In this document: positions 10,968 to 23,800 of the stretch, in pieces
Layout of the letters: each line of letters starts with the position of its first letter
How positions within the stretch are numbered: the stretch's first letter is position 1
Assembly (NCBI GenBank): GCA_048213135.1
Contig: PS015098.1
Location: 123,965-175,246, forward strand
Direction of reading: 5' to 3'
DNA length: 51,282 bases
DNA from: Reclinomonas americana ATCC 50394
Taxonomy: Eukaryota
Translations under genes and position numbers: made by a program
Notes under the pieces: model-generated
Seen by the model: only the letters and a program-made list of their open reading frames with translations
Databases searched by the model: none
Told to the model about the DNA's origin: nothing

Positions 10968-13870
10968 TCATGGTGGCTCTTGCTTGACAACGTCCTTGTT
11001 TTGCAGATGTCTTGCCGCGCGACCGTGAGGACTCAGTGGCGTAGTGTTGGTGGCTCCGCTCACGCGCATGGAGTCTGTGACTGCAGCGGCAGGAGAAAAC
11101 ATGTGTCAGAGACAATCGTTGCGACGACGACGGATCTACTTCTGAGGGGTTTTCGCAACTTTGTCTGCTCATGTTTCCTGGCTGCAGACCTGCGGCGGCA
11201 GCAACAGCAGCCGCAGTTGTCGCGACAACTAAGACCTCAACCTCCTCCAAAGGATGGGACGCAGGCGGTGGTGGTGGTGGTGGTGGTGGCAATGGAGGCG
11301 ATGCATGGTAGTGAGCGATGGCAGAGGCAGTGGAATCCGCAGCAGGCTGATCCTGTGAACGGGAGCAGGTCACAGCAATGAAGAAGCTTCCAGCACGGCA
11401 GTCAGGAAGCACCTCTTCGTTGGAGACGCCCGAGCCACCATTCGAGCGCCGCCGTTTCTCCGGTGGGCCGCCATCGCCGCTGACGCTTGCAAGACCATCA
11501 CGTTGGTCCACTGTCCGCTTGTCACCAGCATGCGGTCCCGACTCGTGGGAAGCATGCGGGTGGAAGCCATTACTCGCTTCCGCACCGACAGCATCGACGA
11601 GTGGAGCAGCCGCCGACTCTGCTGTTGACGAGCGCCTGGTTGTGCGCCGACGATTGACGGCAGCTTCCGACGGCGACCGATCTTCACCTGGAGGAGTCGT
11701 CGCGGATGTGGAGACAGAGTGTGGTCGCTTGCGACCCCTCTCATCCGCAAGCGACGCCGCGGCTGGACGCTTTCCAGTTGTCTGCGGGCGAGAGATAAGC
11801 AGCTGACGACACTACGCGTAGCAAAGTGCACCCGTACCGAGCGTCGCGGCCGAGGAGATGCCGCAGCTCCTGCTCCTGCAAGTCGCACATGGAGTGAGAG
11901 ACATCGGAGTCGCGCATGCGTTGTGCAAAGTTGTATACCCACCGGTTGGGGGAGACGGAGTGCGAGGCAGCGAGGGCGCAGGGACCGGCTGTTCTGTTGC
12001 CGTGGTTGCAGTTGGCGCCGACCTCTGCCGTGGGGGAGAACACATCAGCGACAAGTGACCATTGCCAATGGTGATCAGATATATCTGTGTGCACACGAAC
12101 CGTACGACGAGATGGACTGACACGGTAGTCTGCTGCCAGCTCGAAACAATAAGCACACTTGTTGGCATTACTCACAACGCAAAGCAAGACGCACCCGGTT
12201 CACCGCTCTGCGGAGTCGAATCGCTTGCTTGTTCGCTGCTGCTTGCGGTTCTCCTTGTGCGTGAACAGTGAGGCATTCATATGCGATCGCGCGACGAAAG
12301 AAGCGAGGCAGCGAAACTTGTTGCGATGCCGAGACTGCGGCAGCTGCTTGTCGCCGTTGTTGATCGGCGGCTCGGAACCACCATTCGAGGACGGTGACGA
12401 CGACGGTACTCCACTGCTCGTTGTCTTCTTGACAGCAGGCAGCGTGGACGGCGGAGCAGCAGCAGTCGAAGAAGTCCGCTTCACCGCAGGCAGCGAAGGT
12501 GGCGCTGGCGAAGCCACAGCAGAAGCTCTTCCAGCCGGCGGTGGTGGGGGAGGCGGCGAGGACGACGGCGATGACAATGGAGGCGACTGTCAACTTTGAC
12601 GATTAGAGTGGAGAGCGATGAAGCGAGGACATGCTGCGGGCTTCTGCTCACCGTACGCTGCTTTTGTCGCCCCCGACGCGTTGTTTTAGTAGTTGACGGT
12701 GCAGCGTCGGAGGCAGATCTGTCGCAACCGGTGAGGCATGAGATCGCGCGATGAAAGAAGCGAGGCAGCGAAACTTGTCGCGATGTCGAGACCGCGGCAG
12801 CTGCTTGTCGCCGTTGTTGATCGGCGGCTCGGAACCACCATTCGAGGACGGTGAGCCGCCGCTAGCAGCCGGGCGCGACGACGGTACTCCACTGCTCGTT
12901 GTCTTCTTGACAGCAGGAAACGTGGACGGCGGAGCAGCAGCAGTCGAAGAAGTCCGCTTCACCGCAGGCAGCAACGGTGGCGCTGGCGAAGCCACAGCGG
13001 GATGCATCGGCGGCGGTGGCGGCGGTGGCGGCGGCGGCGGTGGATTGATGACAGGCAATGGCGCATTGTTGACATTCCGCTGAGCATTGGTCGCAGACCG
13101 AAGCACCCGCGGTACCGGTTGTGGAGGAGGCGACGGAGGACGTGGCCGCGCTTCGGCTGCAGCGACAAACTCCTGATTCGCCACCACTCGCACACCAGCG
13201 CCGTCTCGCATGACGAACAACACCACTGGCAACACCGCCAGCACGACAAACAGCACGGCGAGCACGATCGAGTACGACGCGATGCCTGCGACAAGCATAT
13301 TTCCGCAGCTCAGCGCCACAATCACCGCCGGTCGCAGGAGTCTCCTCTGCGTGTCTCCCTGCAAAAGACGCGCCCGTTGCTGCTGCATGACAGGCACACG
13401 ACACAGAAGCCGACCGATCGCCACGCACACCACAGGCATGGCCAGTGAGGTCGCCGTGGTCACCAACACATCACTGATATCATCACGTGCAGCCGGTGTC
13501 ATGAGCGACTGCAACATGCTCCACGCGAGGTACCCAAAGAGCACAGAGTACGCGATCAGCTTGTCCACTGCGTCCAGCTGCCACCACGCGCCAGTGCCTT
13601 GTGCGAGTCTTCCCAGCGCGAGTGTAACGTTCGCAGCCTGTGCCACCAGTGCTCTCCAGACCGCTTTCAGCGATCTTCCCATGAGGAGAGTCACATGCGC
13701 TCCAGCAGACACGACGCGGAGCAGAAGGTGGAGTGTGAGTGACCACGCGCGCGCCTGCAACACACCATGAGTGGAAAGAGTGTCACTGACACTGCATGCA
13801 ACAATGAACGCACTGCGAGTGTGATGCACGCGCGCATCGCTCGAGTCAGTCTCGACTTGATCGCCTCCAT
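10968..13870 (-). CDS. Tandem paralog B of the multi-TM plus disordered NLS protein
   Basis: MEAIKSRLTRAMRACITLA|ARAW..WQLDAVDKLIAYSVLFGY..KRPAA..RKRP..PPEKRRR..NKDVVKQEPP*. About 11 exons join in frame. Clear nucleotide similarity to 7658-10770. Confidence 0.75.
12285..12998 (-). repeat. Internal ~240 bp duplication of an exon plus its splice donor in paralog B
   Basis: About 12745-12998 and 12285-12520 are near-identical: AVASPAPP.LPAVKRTSS...RHR.K followed by GTTTCGCTGCCTCGCTTC. Confidence 0.9.
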
Positions 13871-14019
13871 GGGGCGTTTGCTGTCCGCTCTTATAGTATG
13901 TTATCGTGTTTCATGCAGGACGCGACAACGGCTGTCATTTTCCCGCCTGGCTGCTTTCCTCCTTCCAACAAGCACCTCTGAGCGTGCATGCCGTTTGTAG
14001 TTGTTTGTTATCCATCCAT

Positions 14020-17000
14020 TTACTCATCACCCACAATCGGTATGATTGTCAACCCGCTCTTCACCGCCGCGCCACGCTCGACGACCCATCGGCCGAGACG
14101 CGGTTCAATGGCCACTGTGCCCACCAGCAGCCGCGCATCGGGCGTGAAGGCCATGGATGTTATCCACCCGTGTGCCGACGTGGCCGCGGCCAGCGGCTCA
14201 AGCAAGCCCATTTTGTGGTGCGACTCGGTGTGGTTGCGGTACGAGGCGCGGTAGAAGCGAATCGAGCCTGTGTGAGACGCCGAGGCGACCAGATCGCCAC
14301 GGCGCGTGCAGGCGAGCGAGGAAACCCACGAGTCTGGTCCGTGGGCATCCGGAATGACACACACGGGCCTCTTCTTGTGGGCGACCCACATGCACACGGA
14401 GCTGCGGGAAAAGGAGTGTGAGCATGAAAATTGTGAGCAGCAGAAGACTCCTAGTGACCCACGCACCCGTCCTGCGAGCCCGACACAAACGACTCGTCGT
14501 CGAGGCCGCGCACGCATTCGACAGGGGGAGCAGCCGAGGACTGCTCGTACACCAGTTGCGATTCTTCTGCCACCTTCCACAGCCTCACCGTGCCATCCAC
14601 ACCGCTGCTCAGAGCGCGTTCCTGGGGGAAAGGGGAAGGGTGAGGGAAGGGGGGAGGGGGGAGGCAAGGGAAAGACATGGAAGAACATCTCTCGCTTTTC
14701 TCACAGAGATCTGCCTTCACTCACTCGCTGATACAGAGGAAAGAGAAAGGGAAGAAGCTGCGAACTGCAGCAATCACAGCAGTTGGAGAGAGAGATTGAA
14801 AAGAGAGAGATACAGAGGCTTGCCACCGCATGCTCAACACTGCTCGTCACTTGCTCTCCCTCTATCTTTTCAGGCAGGAGAGCGACTTGCGAAAAAATAA
14901 AGAATTACTGCAGTTCTCAGAGACAGAGAGAGAGAAAGGGAGACACAGAGAGCAAAGGAGAGAAAATACAGAGGCTCGCCACCACATGCTCTCTTGCCGA
15001 GCACTGAAGCAACACTGCGCGCCACTTGCTCTCTCCCTGTCTCTCTCTTCAGGCAGGAGAGTGACTTCTGAAAAGACTCACTGCGCTCCAGTGAGAGAGT
15101 GAAAGAGAGAAGAGACGTAGGAGGAAACGGAAAGAGGTACAGTGTGTTGAAAACAGAGAGAAAATACAGAGGCTTGCCACTACACACTCTCTTGCCGAGA
15201 ATCGCTTTCCGCCTCATCTGCTCAAGCTGAATGACCTTAGAATTTGCAGAGCAATCACTTACTCTCTTCTGCAAAAGAGACGAGAATGGCCGAGAGCTTC
15301 AGCAACTCTTCTCAAATCCTCACTGTCTCAACAGACCCAGCAGAACAACCTTAGAATTCGCTATCACTCGCTCTCTTCTGTATACAATGACAGAGGCTCT
15401 GCTCGTCACTCGCTCTCTACTCTCCCAATCACGTGAACAGTCTGCATATCACTCATTGCTTCTCGCTCCCGCTCTCTGCAGAGGTTCTACTTGTCGCTCT
15501 CCTCTATTTCAACCACGACGAACAGTCTGCATATCACTCACTGCTTCTCGCGTGTCTACAATCCCGCCCTCTGCACAAGTACTGCTTGTGGCTGTCGTCT
15601 CTTTCAATGACAGCACGTGAGACAGTCTGCACATCACTCCTTGCCTTCAATCACACCCTCCTGAGCTGCAACAACTTTGTTGGTCATCTCATCTCATATT
15701 CCCCCTCACTCACGCTTCTACAGCGATGATGGGCAGAGATATTCTCATAGCTCCCTTCTCCATTTCATCGTTCCCCTCTCCTTCTCCTCTCTCACCCCTC
15801 TCCTTCTCATCACTCCCCTCTCCTTATTCCTCTTTCCCCCCTCTCCTTCTCCTCTCTCCCCCCACTCCTTCTCATCACTTCCCTCTCCTTTTCATCGCTC
15901 CCCTTACCTTCCATCGCTCCCTTCTCCTTTTCGTCGCTCCCCCCTCTCCTTCTCATCGCTCCCCCCTCTCCTTCCCTCATCACTCCCTTCTCCTTTTCAT
16001 CACTCCCTTCTCCTTCCCTCATCACTCCCTCCTTCTCATCACTCCCTTCTCCCTCTCCCATCGCTCACCTTGTTCACATGGAAACCATTCGTGTCCACAT
16101 CGGTGACACCACTGCGATGTCCGTACAGCGCATCCACATAGCTCATCAACGACAGACTCCACATCTTGATGGTGCGGTCGGCGCTGGCCGAGTACAACTC
16201 TGCGCCCGATCCCGTGCCACCCATGCTGCCGGATCGGAACGCCAACGCATTCACTGCGCCCTTGTGGCCGGTCAGTGCATCAATCTGCAATCGCCCACAG
16301 ATAAGAGCCGAGAGAATGGATTCAGTGCCAATGTATGCTTGCAGCAGCAATCAACAACGACGACGACGACGACGACGACGCACAAGACTGCCCGATCGTG
16401 TGTCCCACACACGAATGAGTCCATCGCGGCTTCCCGTGACCAGCAAGCTGTTGTCGCCATTCACCGCCACCGACAGCACATGCGGTCGCTGGTTGTTCTG
16501 CAACGGCTTGACGAATCCGGCAGCCACCACGGCGGCCGACGGAGCGGCAGCAGACGCCACCTTGGCGCCCGCCGTGCTGGTGCTGGTGGTCGTCGTGGTC
16601 GACGTGGCGGTCCTTCCATCGCTCTTCTCGGCATAGACGCGTAACCGCTGACCGGTCTCCAGATCCCACTGCAGCACAGCACAGTCCTTGCCGCCCGTGA
16701 ATGCCTGCGTGCCATCGGCCGACAAGCACAAGCACGTCGCCGGCGCACGGTGGCCATTCAGCGCGCGATATCTGCAAGCAGAGAGAATGAGGAGAAGACA
16801 GACAGGAAGACACATAGATCTCTCCTCTCTCTCTCTCACGCACTCTCACACACAGACGCACACACAGCTTTCTCTCTCTCAGGAGAATGCGGAGATGACA
16901 GACAGGAAGACGCATAGATCTCTCCCTCTCTCTCACACACACACAACTCTCTCTCTCCGTCTCTCTCTCTCTCTCTCTCTCNNNNNNNNNNNNNNNNNNN

Positions 17001-17747
17001 NNNNNNNNNNNNNNNNNNNNNNNNNNNNNNNNNNNNNNNNNNNNNNNNNNNNNNNNNNNNNNNNNNNNNNNNNNNNNNNNNNNNNNNNNNNNNNNNNNNN
17101 NNNNNNNNNNNNNNNNNNNNNNNNNNNNNNNNNNNNNNNNNNNNNNNNNNNNNNNNNNNNNNNNNNNNNNNNNNNNNNNNNNNNNNNNNNNNNNNNNNNN
17201 NNNNNNNNNNNNNNNNNNNNNNNNNNNNNNNNNNNNNNNNNNNNNNNNNNNNNNNNNNNNNNNNNNNNNNNNNNNNNNNNCGACGCCGCGTCGCCTCTGA
17301 TCGCGCGCCACGTCATCCTCATCTTCGTCGTCCTCATCGTCGTCTCCATCCTCACCCTCGTGTTCTGTGCACCGCATTGTGTAAGCGCGCGCACACACAC
17401 ACTTGTATGAGCGTCGTCTTGCATCGCTGCACTGCACCTTTCCGCAAGTCATCCAGCTTGCGCAAGTACTCCTTGGCCAGTCGCAATCGTCGCTGCTCGA
17501 CACTCTCATCCTCGTCCTCCTCCTCTTGCTGCTTCTGCGCCACTCCATTGACCTTGCTCTTTGCGGCCTGTTTCCTCTTCTTGTCAAGGTCGCCATAGTC
17601 GTTCTCCTCCTCCTCGCCCGCCGACGACTCCGACGAGGCAATCTCCTCGTCTAGTCGCAGGTCGGCAGTGCGGCTGCTGGGTGCGCCTCCCTTCTTGCTG
17701 CGCTTGCGTGGTGGGCCACTGCTCTTTCCGCCGCGTGCTCTCTTCAT
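14020..17747 (-). CDS. RRP9: U3 snoRNP-associated WD40 protein RRP9 (U3-55K)
   Basis: Basic/acidic N-terminus with ESVEQRRLRLAKEYL. WD40 repeats including YVDALYGH, VRLWKVAEESQLVY, KKRPV, WVSSLA and C-terminal EPRLGRW, all characteristic of RRP9. One internal gap at 16982-17280. Confidence 0.92.
14800..15650. repeat. Intronic dispersed/tandem repeats in the long RRP9 intron
   Basis: ATACAGAGGCT.GCCAC occurs at about 14810, 14965 and 15163. ACAGTCTGCA.ATCACTC occurs at about 15437, 15522 and 15622. Confidence 0.75.
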
Positions 17748-18207
17748 TGTGAAAAAATGGATTTGCATGAAACCAATGGACTGTGGATTGTGGAAATCGA
17801 AATCATCACGCGGCACCACACCCTTTCATTCCAAACACCTCCGGCACTTGCAACAAAACAAAACAGAACATCACACGCACACATACACACCCACCCACCC
17901 GCCCACAGATGCACACACACACACCGAGGCATCGGGGGAATGAGAATGGAGAGAAGAGAAAAATGACGACAATGACAAGACAAACAGAGAGAGCGAGGAG
18001 GGGTGTGGGAAGCAACAACGTCAGTCATTACTCCCACCACCGCCATCGCCACCTATCCATCCTCAGAAGACCGCAGAGCCTCCCAACAAGAGCATCGTCG
18101 TCATCAACATCATCATCCTTCCTTCCCATCCCATCAAGCGTTATCCGGCAAGTGCACAAAAGTGGGCGGGGTCGATGGAGTGAAAGTGGTAAGAGTGGTG
18201 GTCCGCC

Positions 18208-19154
18208 TTACAGGGCGAGCTTCGTGCGGCGCCAGTTGCGGCGCTTCGCGTTGTAGCTGCGGGAGGAGGAGGAGGAAAGGGAGAGAGAATGGTAAGTGAA
18301 TGAAGCGAGACAAGCAAGAGAGAAGGAAAGGCTGAGAGTGCAAGTAGCGAGGGACACAGCGCGCGTGGAACAGTGAGGGAGGGAGAGAGACTGCTGTGGA
18401 AAGCGCTTGCACGTTTGAGTGAGTGGGACACATGACGACGTAAATCAGCGAGTGATCAAGAGGTAGCAGAGTGCACGCCTCAGTAGATGGAGGTGAGGGA
18501 ATGTAGAGCACGCACGCGTGTACGAGTGAGTGTGCTTGCGTGCGTGAGAAAAGAGAGGAGAGCAAGGGACAGTTGAAGATGGGAGAAAAACATGAACTTC
18601 AACTAATCACAACAGGAGCAAGGAGTGACAGAGACACGCTGTCTTACACAGGCTGTGAGAAGAGCGAGCTGTGTGCTGTGTACGTGCGAGAGAGAGAGAG
18701 AGCGCAACTATCGTCTCTCCTTCTCATTCTCACTCTCACTCTCTCTGTAGTGCCATCTCGTGTGTGCATGTGTGAGAGAGAGGCCAAACTCACCGAATCT
18801 TGGTGTCGATCTTGTAGGGGAACCAGCGCGGCAAGGGGCGGTTCTGTGAGGCCTTGCGAGCCAGCTTCTTCTTCAGGCGGAGTGTCTTGTGTGAGCCCTG
18901 CACATTGACAAGAGACACACACGCGCACACACACAGACAAACGATAAACAGAGAGCGAGTGAGCAACAGAGACGGAGAGAAGGGGGGGGAGAGTGTGTGC
19001 GTGCGTGAGGGCGGTCATCATGTGCACATGCATGGCCCCCCTTTCACACACGCGCGCACACACTTGCGCGCTCATTTCTGCGTGTTGTGCTCTCACTAGC
19101 TCACTGCACGCACGCACACATCAACACACACACACAAACACGCGTGCGAACCAT
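18208..19154 (-). CDS. RPL39: 60S ribosomal protein L39 (eL39), 51 aa, 3 exons
   Basis: ATG-only coding exon 19154-19152, then exons 18897-18794 and 18256-18208. Product: [51 protein letters not shown]. Not present in the ORF track. Confidence 0.96.
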
Positions 19155-19228
19155 GGCGATGTCGACGCGATTAAGAAAAGTGAGTGACCCGTCGGTCCAC
19201 CCGACCGGACCGTGGAACCGTGCACAAC
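19155..19228. promoter_or_regulatory. Very short head-to-head region between RPL39 and a WD40 gene, with a pyrimidine-rich (TCT/5'TOP-like) tract
   Basis: The minus strand reads CTCACTTTTCTTAATCGCGTCGACATCGCC-ATG. Only 74 nt separate the two start codons. Confidence 0.5.
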
Positions 19229-20334
19229 ATGATCATCGACCACGCGGGTGAGGTGTGGTGCGTGGCAGTGTGGCGCGACCTGCTGGCCACTGCCTGCGCC
19301 GACGGTGGCGTTCGTCTGTTCAACCCGCTCGCGTCGACATCGACATCTCCAGTGGCCGAGGATCGCGCGCACGGCGATGAGCCAGTGCACGTGGTCGCGT
19401 TTGGCCACCACGGCGACGGTGAGGTGTCGCTGATCAGCGGCGACGAGAGCGGCACGATTGTGCGACGACGATTGGAGGTCGATGTCGATCGTTGCGAGTT
19501 GTCGATATCGTGGGTGGGCGAGGGCGGACACAAGGATGGAGTGTACTCGGTGGCGTCGTCGGCGTCGCTCGTGTACACTGGATCGTATGATATGACGGTG
19601 TGCGTGTGGCGAGCGGAGAGTGGCGAGCGAGTGCGATCGATTCGTGGAGTGCACGGGCATTGGGTGACGGCGTTGGCGCTGGTCGGTGTGACGCTCGTCA
19701 GTGGATCGTACGACGGGAGCATTGTGTGGCAATCGGCGGGCGATGTTGACGAGGGTGATGGCGAGCACGACAAGATCGATGCCAAGTCGCCCGTGTGCGC
19801 GCTGGTGCTGTTGCCGGAGGAGCGCTGTCATCATGCGGTGGTCAGTGGGCATGTCGATGGGCGCGTACGGGTGTGGTCGTCGGCGACGCGCGGCAAGCCG
19901 AAGCTGCTGCATGTGATGGAGGGGCACGAGTGTGATGTCTCGTCGCTGGCGGTGTCGGCGGATGGACAGGTGTTGGTGTCGGGGTCGCATGGTGAGAGGG
20001 TGGAAGGGGAAGGGTGGAGGAGAAGAGAGGGAGAGAGGGAAACAAGACAGCTGCAGGCCTCTTTTCTCGCCTTCTGATGGTCACCCTGTCGGCGTTGCTG
20101 ACTTGGCGAGGCATCCGCATTTGTTGCTCACACCTGTCTCTGTCTCTCGCAGACGACACAGTTCGGGTGTGGAAGATCGCCGCCAACGGCCGCGGTCAGT
20201 GCGTGCGGGTGCTGGAGGGCCACTCCAAAGTGGTCAACAGCGTCGCGCTGCTGAGCGACGGTCGCTGCGTGAGTGGCAGTCAAGACGGCACCGTGAGGGT
20301 GTGGGATATCGAGGTGAGCGGGAAGGAGAAGTAA
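19229..20334 (+). CDS. WD40-repeat beta-propeller protein (~7 repeats); 3' end uncertain
   Basis: GH..V..SGS.D.T.RVW-type repeats throughout. Intron 19992-20152 in phase 1 (SGSH|DDTVRVW). Ends either at VSGKEK* (20334) or splices from the GTGAGC near 20313 to an exon ending at 20681. Confidence 0.85.
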
Positions 20335-20545
20335 GAGGAGGGGAAGGAGGAGGAGGAGGAGGAGGAGGAGGAAGAGGAAGAGGAGAAGAAGAGGAGGAGG
20401 AAAAGAATAAGGAGGAGGAGGAGAAAGAGGAGGAGATGAAGGAGAAAGGGCAGATGCAGAAGGAGGAGATGGAGGAGAAAGAGCAGATGCAGAAGAAGAA
20501 GAAGAAGAAGAAGAAGAAGAAGAAGAAGAAGAAGAAGAAGAAAAG
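20335..20545. repeat. (GAG)n/(AAG)n trinucleotide tract
   Basis: Visible purine triplet repeats. Confidence 0.9.
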
Positions 20546-20824
20546 AAGGCAGTTCCTCGATGGTCTTTTGATTACTGTATACGGCAGTGATTCGCTGCTG
20601 ACGGAGTCGGATGCCGATGTATATAATGAAGAAACGGCGAGCGGCCGTGCGAAGTTGAGCTGGCCGAATGTTGTAATGTAACCTGCGAAGTGTGTCTTGA
20701 ACCGTTCTTCCATCCAAAGCGTCGACTGGACGTCCAGCAGGTTCCACGATTCCCAGCGTGGCAAGATAGGAACAAAAGCTTCGTTGTCCCACGCGCGAAG
20801 CTCGAATCAAATCCGAACGCCACC

Positions 20825-23800
20825 ATGGGCAACGCCGGTTGCGTCTCTCTCTCGCCCCTGCTCCTCCTCCTCCTACCAATCTTCATCTCACATCCACACA
20901 GCCTCCACCGCCTCCTCCTCACCACCATCCTCCTCACCTCCTCTCCCTCCACCTCTCCCGCCTCCACCACCACCACCTCCACCTCTCACCGAACCCGCCG
21001 ACGAGATCCTCCTCGCCACCGTCGACCCCGCCGCGCTCCTCCCCGCGCCCTCTCACAGCGAGCCTCCTCCTCGCATCGACGCAGCAGACGCCCTCCACGC
21101 GCTCTTCCCTGCGGCCTCCGACTCGCGCGAACAGTACCGCCTGCGCGAGGTCATGGTCGCCGCGCACCTCAGCGCAGCCGCCTATCACGTCGACTGCGCG
21201 GTCGGCGTGCGCGGAGGCCCGCTGAGTGTGTCGGCGTTCTCGGCCCGGCGAGTGCTGGAGTCGCGCGGGCTGTTGCGCAGTGTGAGGGCCGTGCAGAGGG
21301 TGTCGTTGTCGCGATATCAGCAGGGATCGTCGTCGTTTGAGGGCGAGGATAGTGAGGATGAGGGTGAGTTGATGTCGTCGCCGTCGAGTGCGGATGCGTG
21401 GCCGTTTGGGCCGCCGTTGTTGCAGCGCGTGCAGGTTACGATTGCTGAGGCGCCGCAGGTGGGTGAAGGGGGGAGGAGGGAGAAGAGTATTTTTACTCAG
21501 TTGTCGCGTTTGTCGGGCTCACGTTCTTCTTCTCCTTCTTGCTCCTGTCCTTCTCTTCGTGCCTTCTTCATTGTTGCTCCTCGTCTTCGTTAGCGTTGCC
21601 TTCTTCATCCTTCTCTTGGTCTTGGTGTTCTGGCACCTTCTCCTTCTTGCTCCTGTCCCTCTCCGCTCCTCTTTCTTATTGTTGTTCTTCGTGGCTTCTT
21701 CATCCTTTTTCTTGTTCCTCTCCTTCCTTCGTTGTTCTTCTTGCCTTCTTCATCCTTTTCCTTGTTTCTCTCCTTCTCTTCGTTGCTCTTCTTGACGTCT
21801 TGCTTCTCCACCTTGTTCTTGCCCATCCGCGCTCGTGTTTCTTCTCCTTCTTGTTCCTCCCCTTCTCCTTCTCTTTCTCCTCCTTGTTCCTCGCCTGCTG
21901 CGTTTTCCTCGCCTTCTCCTTTCTTTGTGATTCATCTTGCCTCATTCACCTTCTCCTCCTTCTTCTTGTTCCTCCCGTCTCCTGCCTTCTCCTCGTTATT
22001 CTTCCTGCCTTGCTTATTCTTGTTGTTCTTCTCACTCTCTTCTTGTTCCTCCTTCTCTTTTTCTTTGTGATTCATCTTGCCTTCGTCGTCTTCTCTTCCT
22101 TCTCCCGCTCCACGTCCTCCTCCGTCATCTTCTTCTTCATTTCTTCGTTGCTCCTCTTCTCCTTTTCTTCGTGATTCTTCTTACCTTCTTCTTCCTTTCC
22201 TTCTTCTTCTCTCCTTGTTTTTCTCTGTTCCACCTCCTTGTTCTTCATTCTCCTCCTTTGTCCTCTTCTTCTTTTTCTCTCCTCGTCCTTATCCTCACTC
22301 CCCTCCCCTTCCCCCTTAATCCCCCCTCTCAGTTCTGCATGCTGGCGGAGGACCCGGAGACCCTGTACGTGTGCTTCAAGGGCACCTCGCTCTCCGACGC
22401 CGCCGACATTGTGGCCAACGCGCGCCGCGTCGCCATCCCCTTCCCCGGCCTGCGCAACGTGCTTGTGCACGAGGGCTACTATGCGCGCGCCAAGACCATG
22501 CAGATTCGCGAGATTGTCGACCGGGCGCGCCGCACGCGCCGCCGTCTCGTCTTTTGCGGCCACTCGCTGGGCGGAGCAGTGGCGGCGCTGGTGGCGCTGC
22601 GCGTCATTACCGAGGCACGGGTGGGCTCGCCGAATCACATTGCGTGCTACACGTTTGGTGCGCCGCTCTTTGTGGCCGCGGACTCGGTGCCGGCGATGCT
22701 GGAGCGACGGCTCGACAATATCTTCTTCAACTTTGCCATGGAGGGCGATTGGATTCCGTTCTGCCACATGCGACTCAACGAGGCGCTTGGTGGGGTGGTG
22801 AGTGGGTGGGAGGGGAAGGGGGAAGGGGGAAGAGGGGGAAGAGGGATGATTGGCACGATTCTCTTTGCTTGACCGCTCTCATTGCTCACTTGTCGCTCCA
22901 CTCGTTTTCTTTCTCTCACTCTCTGACTCTCGCAATATGTCTCTCTGTTTCTCCCTCTTTCTCCCTCTCACTTTCCTTTTGTTGCATTTTCTCTTTCTTT
23001 TTTTCTCTCACTCGCTTGAATCCCCTCCGCTTTCAATGTGATTCGAAGTTGCTCTCCCTCCTGCACTCCTCATGCTTGCTTTCTTTCTCTGTTTCCGTTT
23101 CCGCTGTCCTGACGATTTCTTCTCTTACCCTCTTTCTCTCGCTCTCCTCAAACTCTCTTTCTCTCTCTCTCTCTCTGTCTGTCTTTCTCGCCTCATTTCA
23201 TCTCTCTCACTGTCCTCGGTATCGCTTTCGTTCTTTTTCTTGCTGTCTCTCTCTCTCCTCGTTCTCACTTTCGCTGTCTCTCCCCTTCCACCTTTTCCCT
23301 CCTCTCTCTCACTCCCTCCTTCCCTCTCCCTCGCCTCCTCTCTCTCTCTCCCTCTCTCCCTCCCTCCCTCTCTTCCTCCCTCTCTTCCGCCCTCCCTCCC
23401 TCCCTCTCACTCCCTCCCTCCCTCCCTCCCTCCCTCTCACTCTGTCTTTCTCTCTTCCACCTACAGGCAGCCTCGCTGGTGCAACAGTACGCGTCGCCGT
23501 GGGACTGCCTGATGATCGGGCAAGACGGGTGCACGCGCATGTATCCTCGGGACATCTTCAGCCAGGCGGCGCCACCGTTCCCGGTGAGTGCCGAGTGGCA
23601 TCGCGCCGTCCTGTATCGGGAGCGATTGGACTCGGTGGTGCGCAGTTACACGCCGCTGCCGAGTGCCTCGCTCGACAGCTTTGACAATTACGGAACGCTG
23701 CCGGGCACGCTATTCCGTGGACTCTCGTGGATCGAGCAGACCGTGTCGCCCACGTCGCCCACTGCCGTCACACTCGGTACAACAGCGGCAGCACCAAGCG

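Noticed and set aside
7658-13870. Mobile element or LTR explanation for the ~3.2 kb duplication
   Set aside because: No terminal repeats, target-site duplication, transposase or RT motifs. Both units are intron-containing genes.
18898-19151. Possible C/D snoRNA in RPL39 intron 1 (ATGATGA on the minus strand near 19016-19022)
   Set aside because: No downstream CTGA D box within the intron and no terminal stem.
14020-19154. RRP9 and RPL39 adjacent on the same strand as a ribosome-biogenesis cluster
   Set aside because: A single adjacency with no shared motif seen is compatible with chance.
19153-19185. Plus-strand ATG in the CCATGG palindrome overlapping the RPL39 start, followed by GTGAGT
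   Set aside because: I found no acceptor that joins it in frame to the WD40 ORF. The GTGAGT is the complement of the RPL39 pyrimidine leader.
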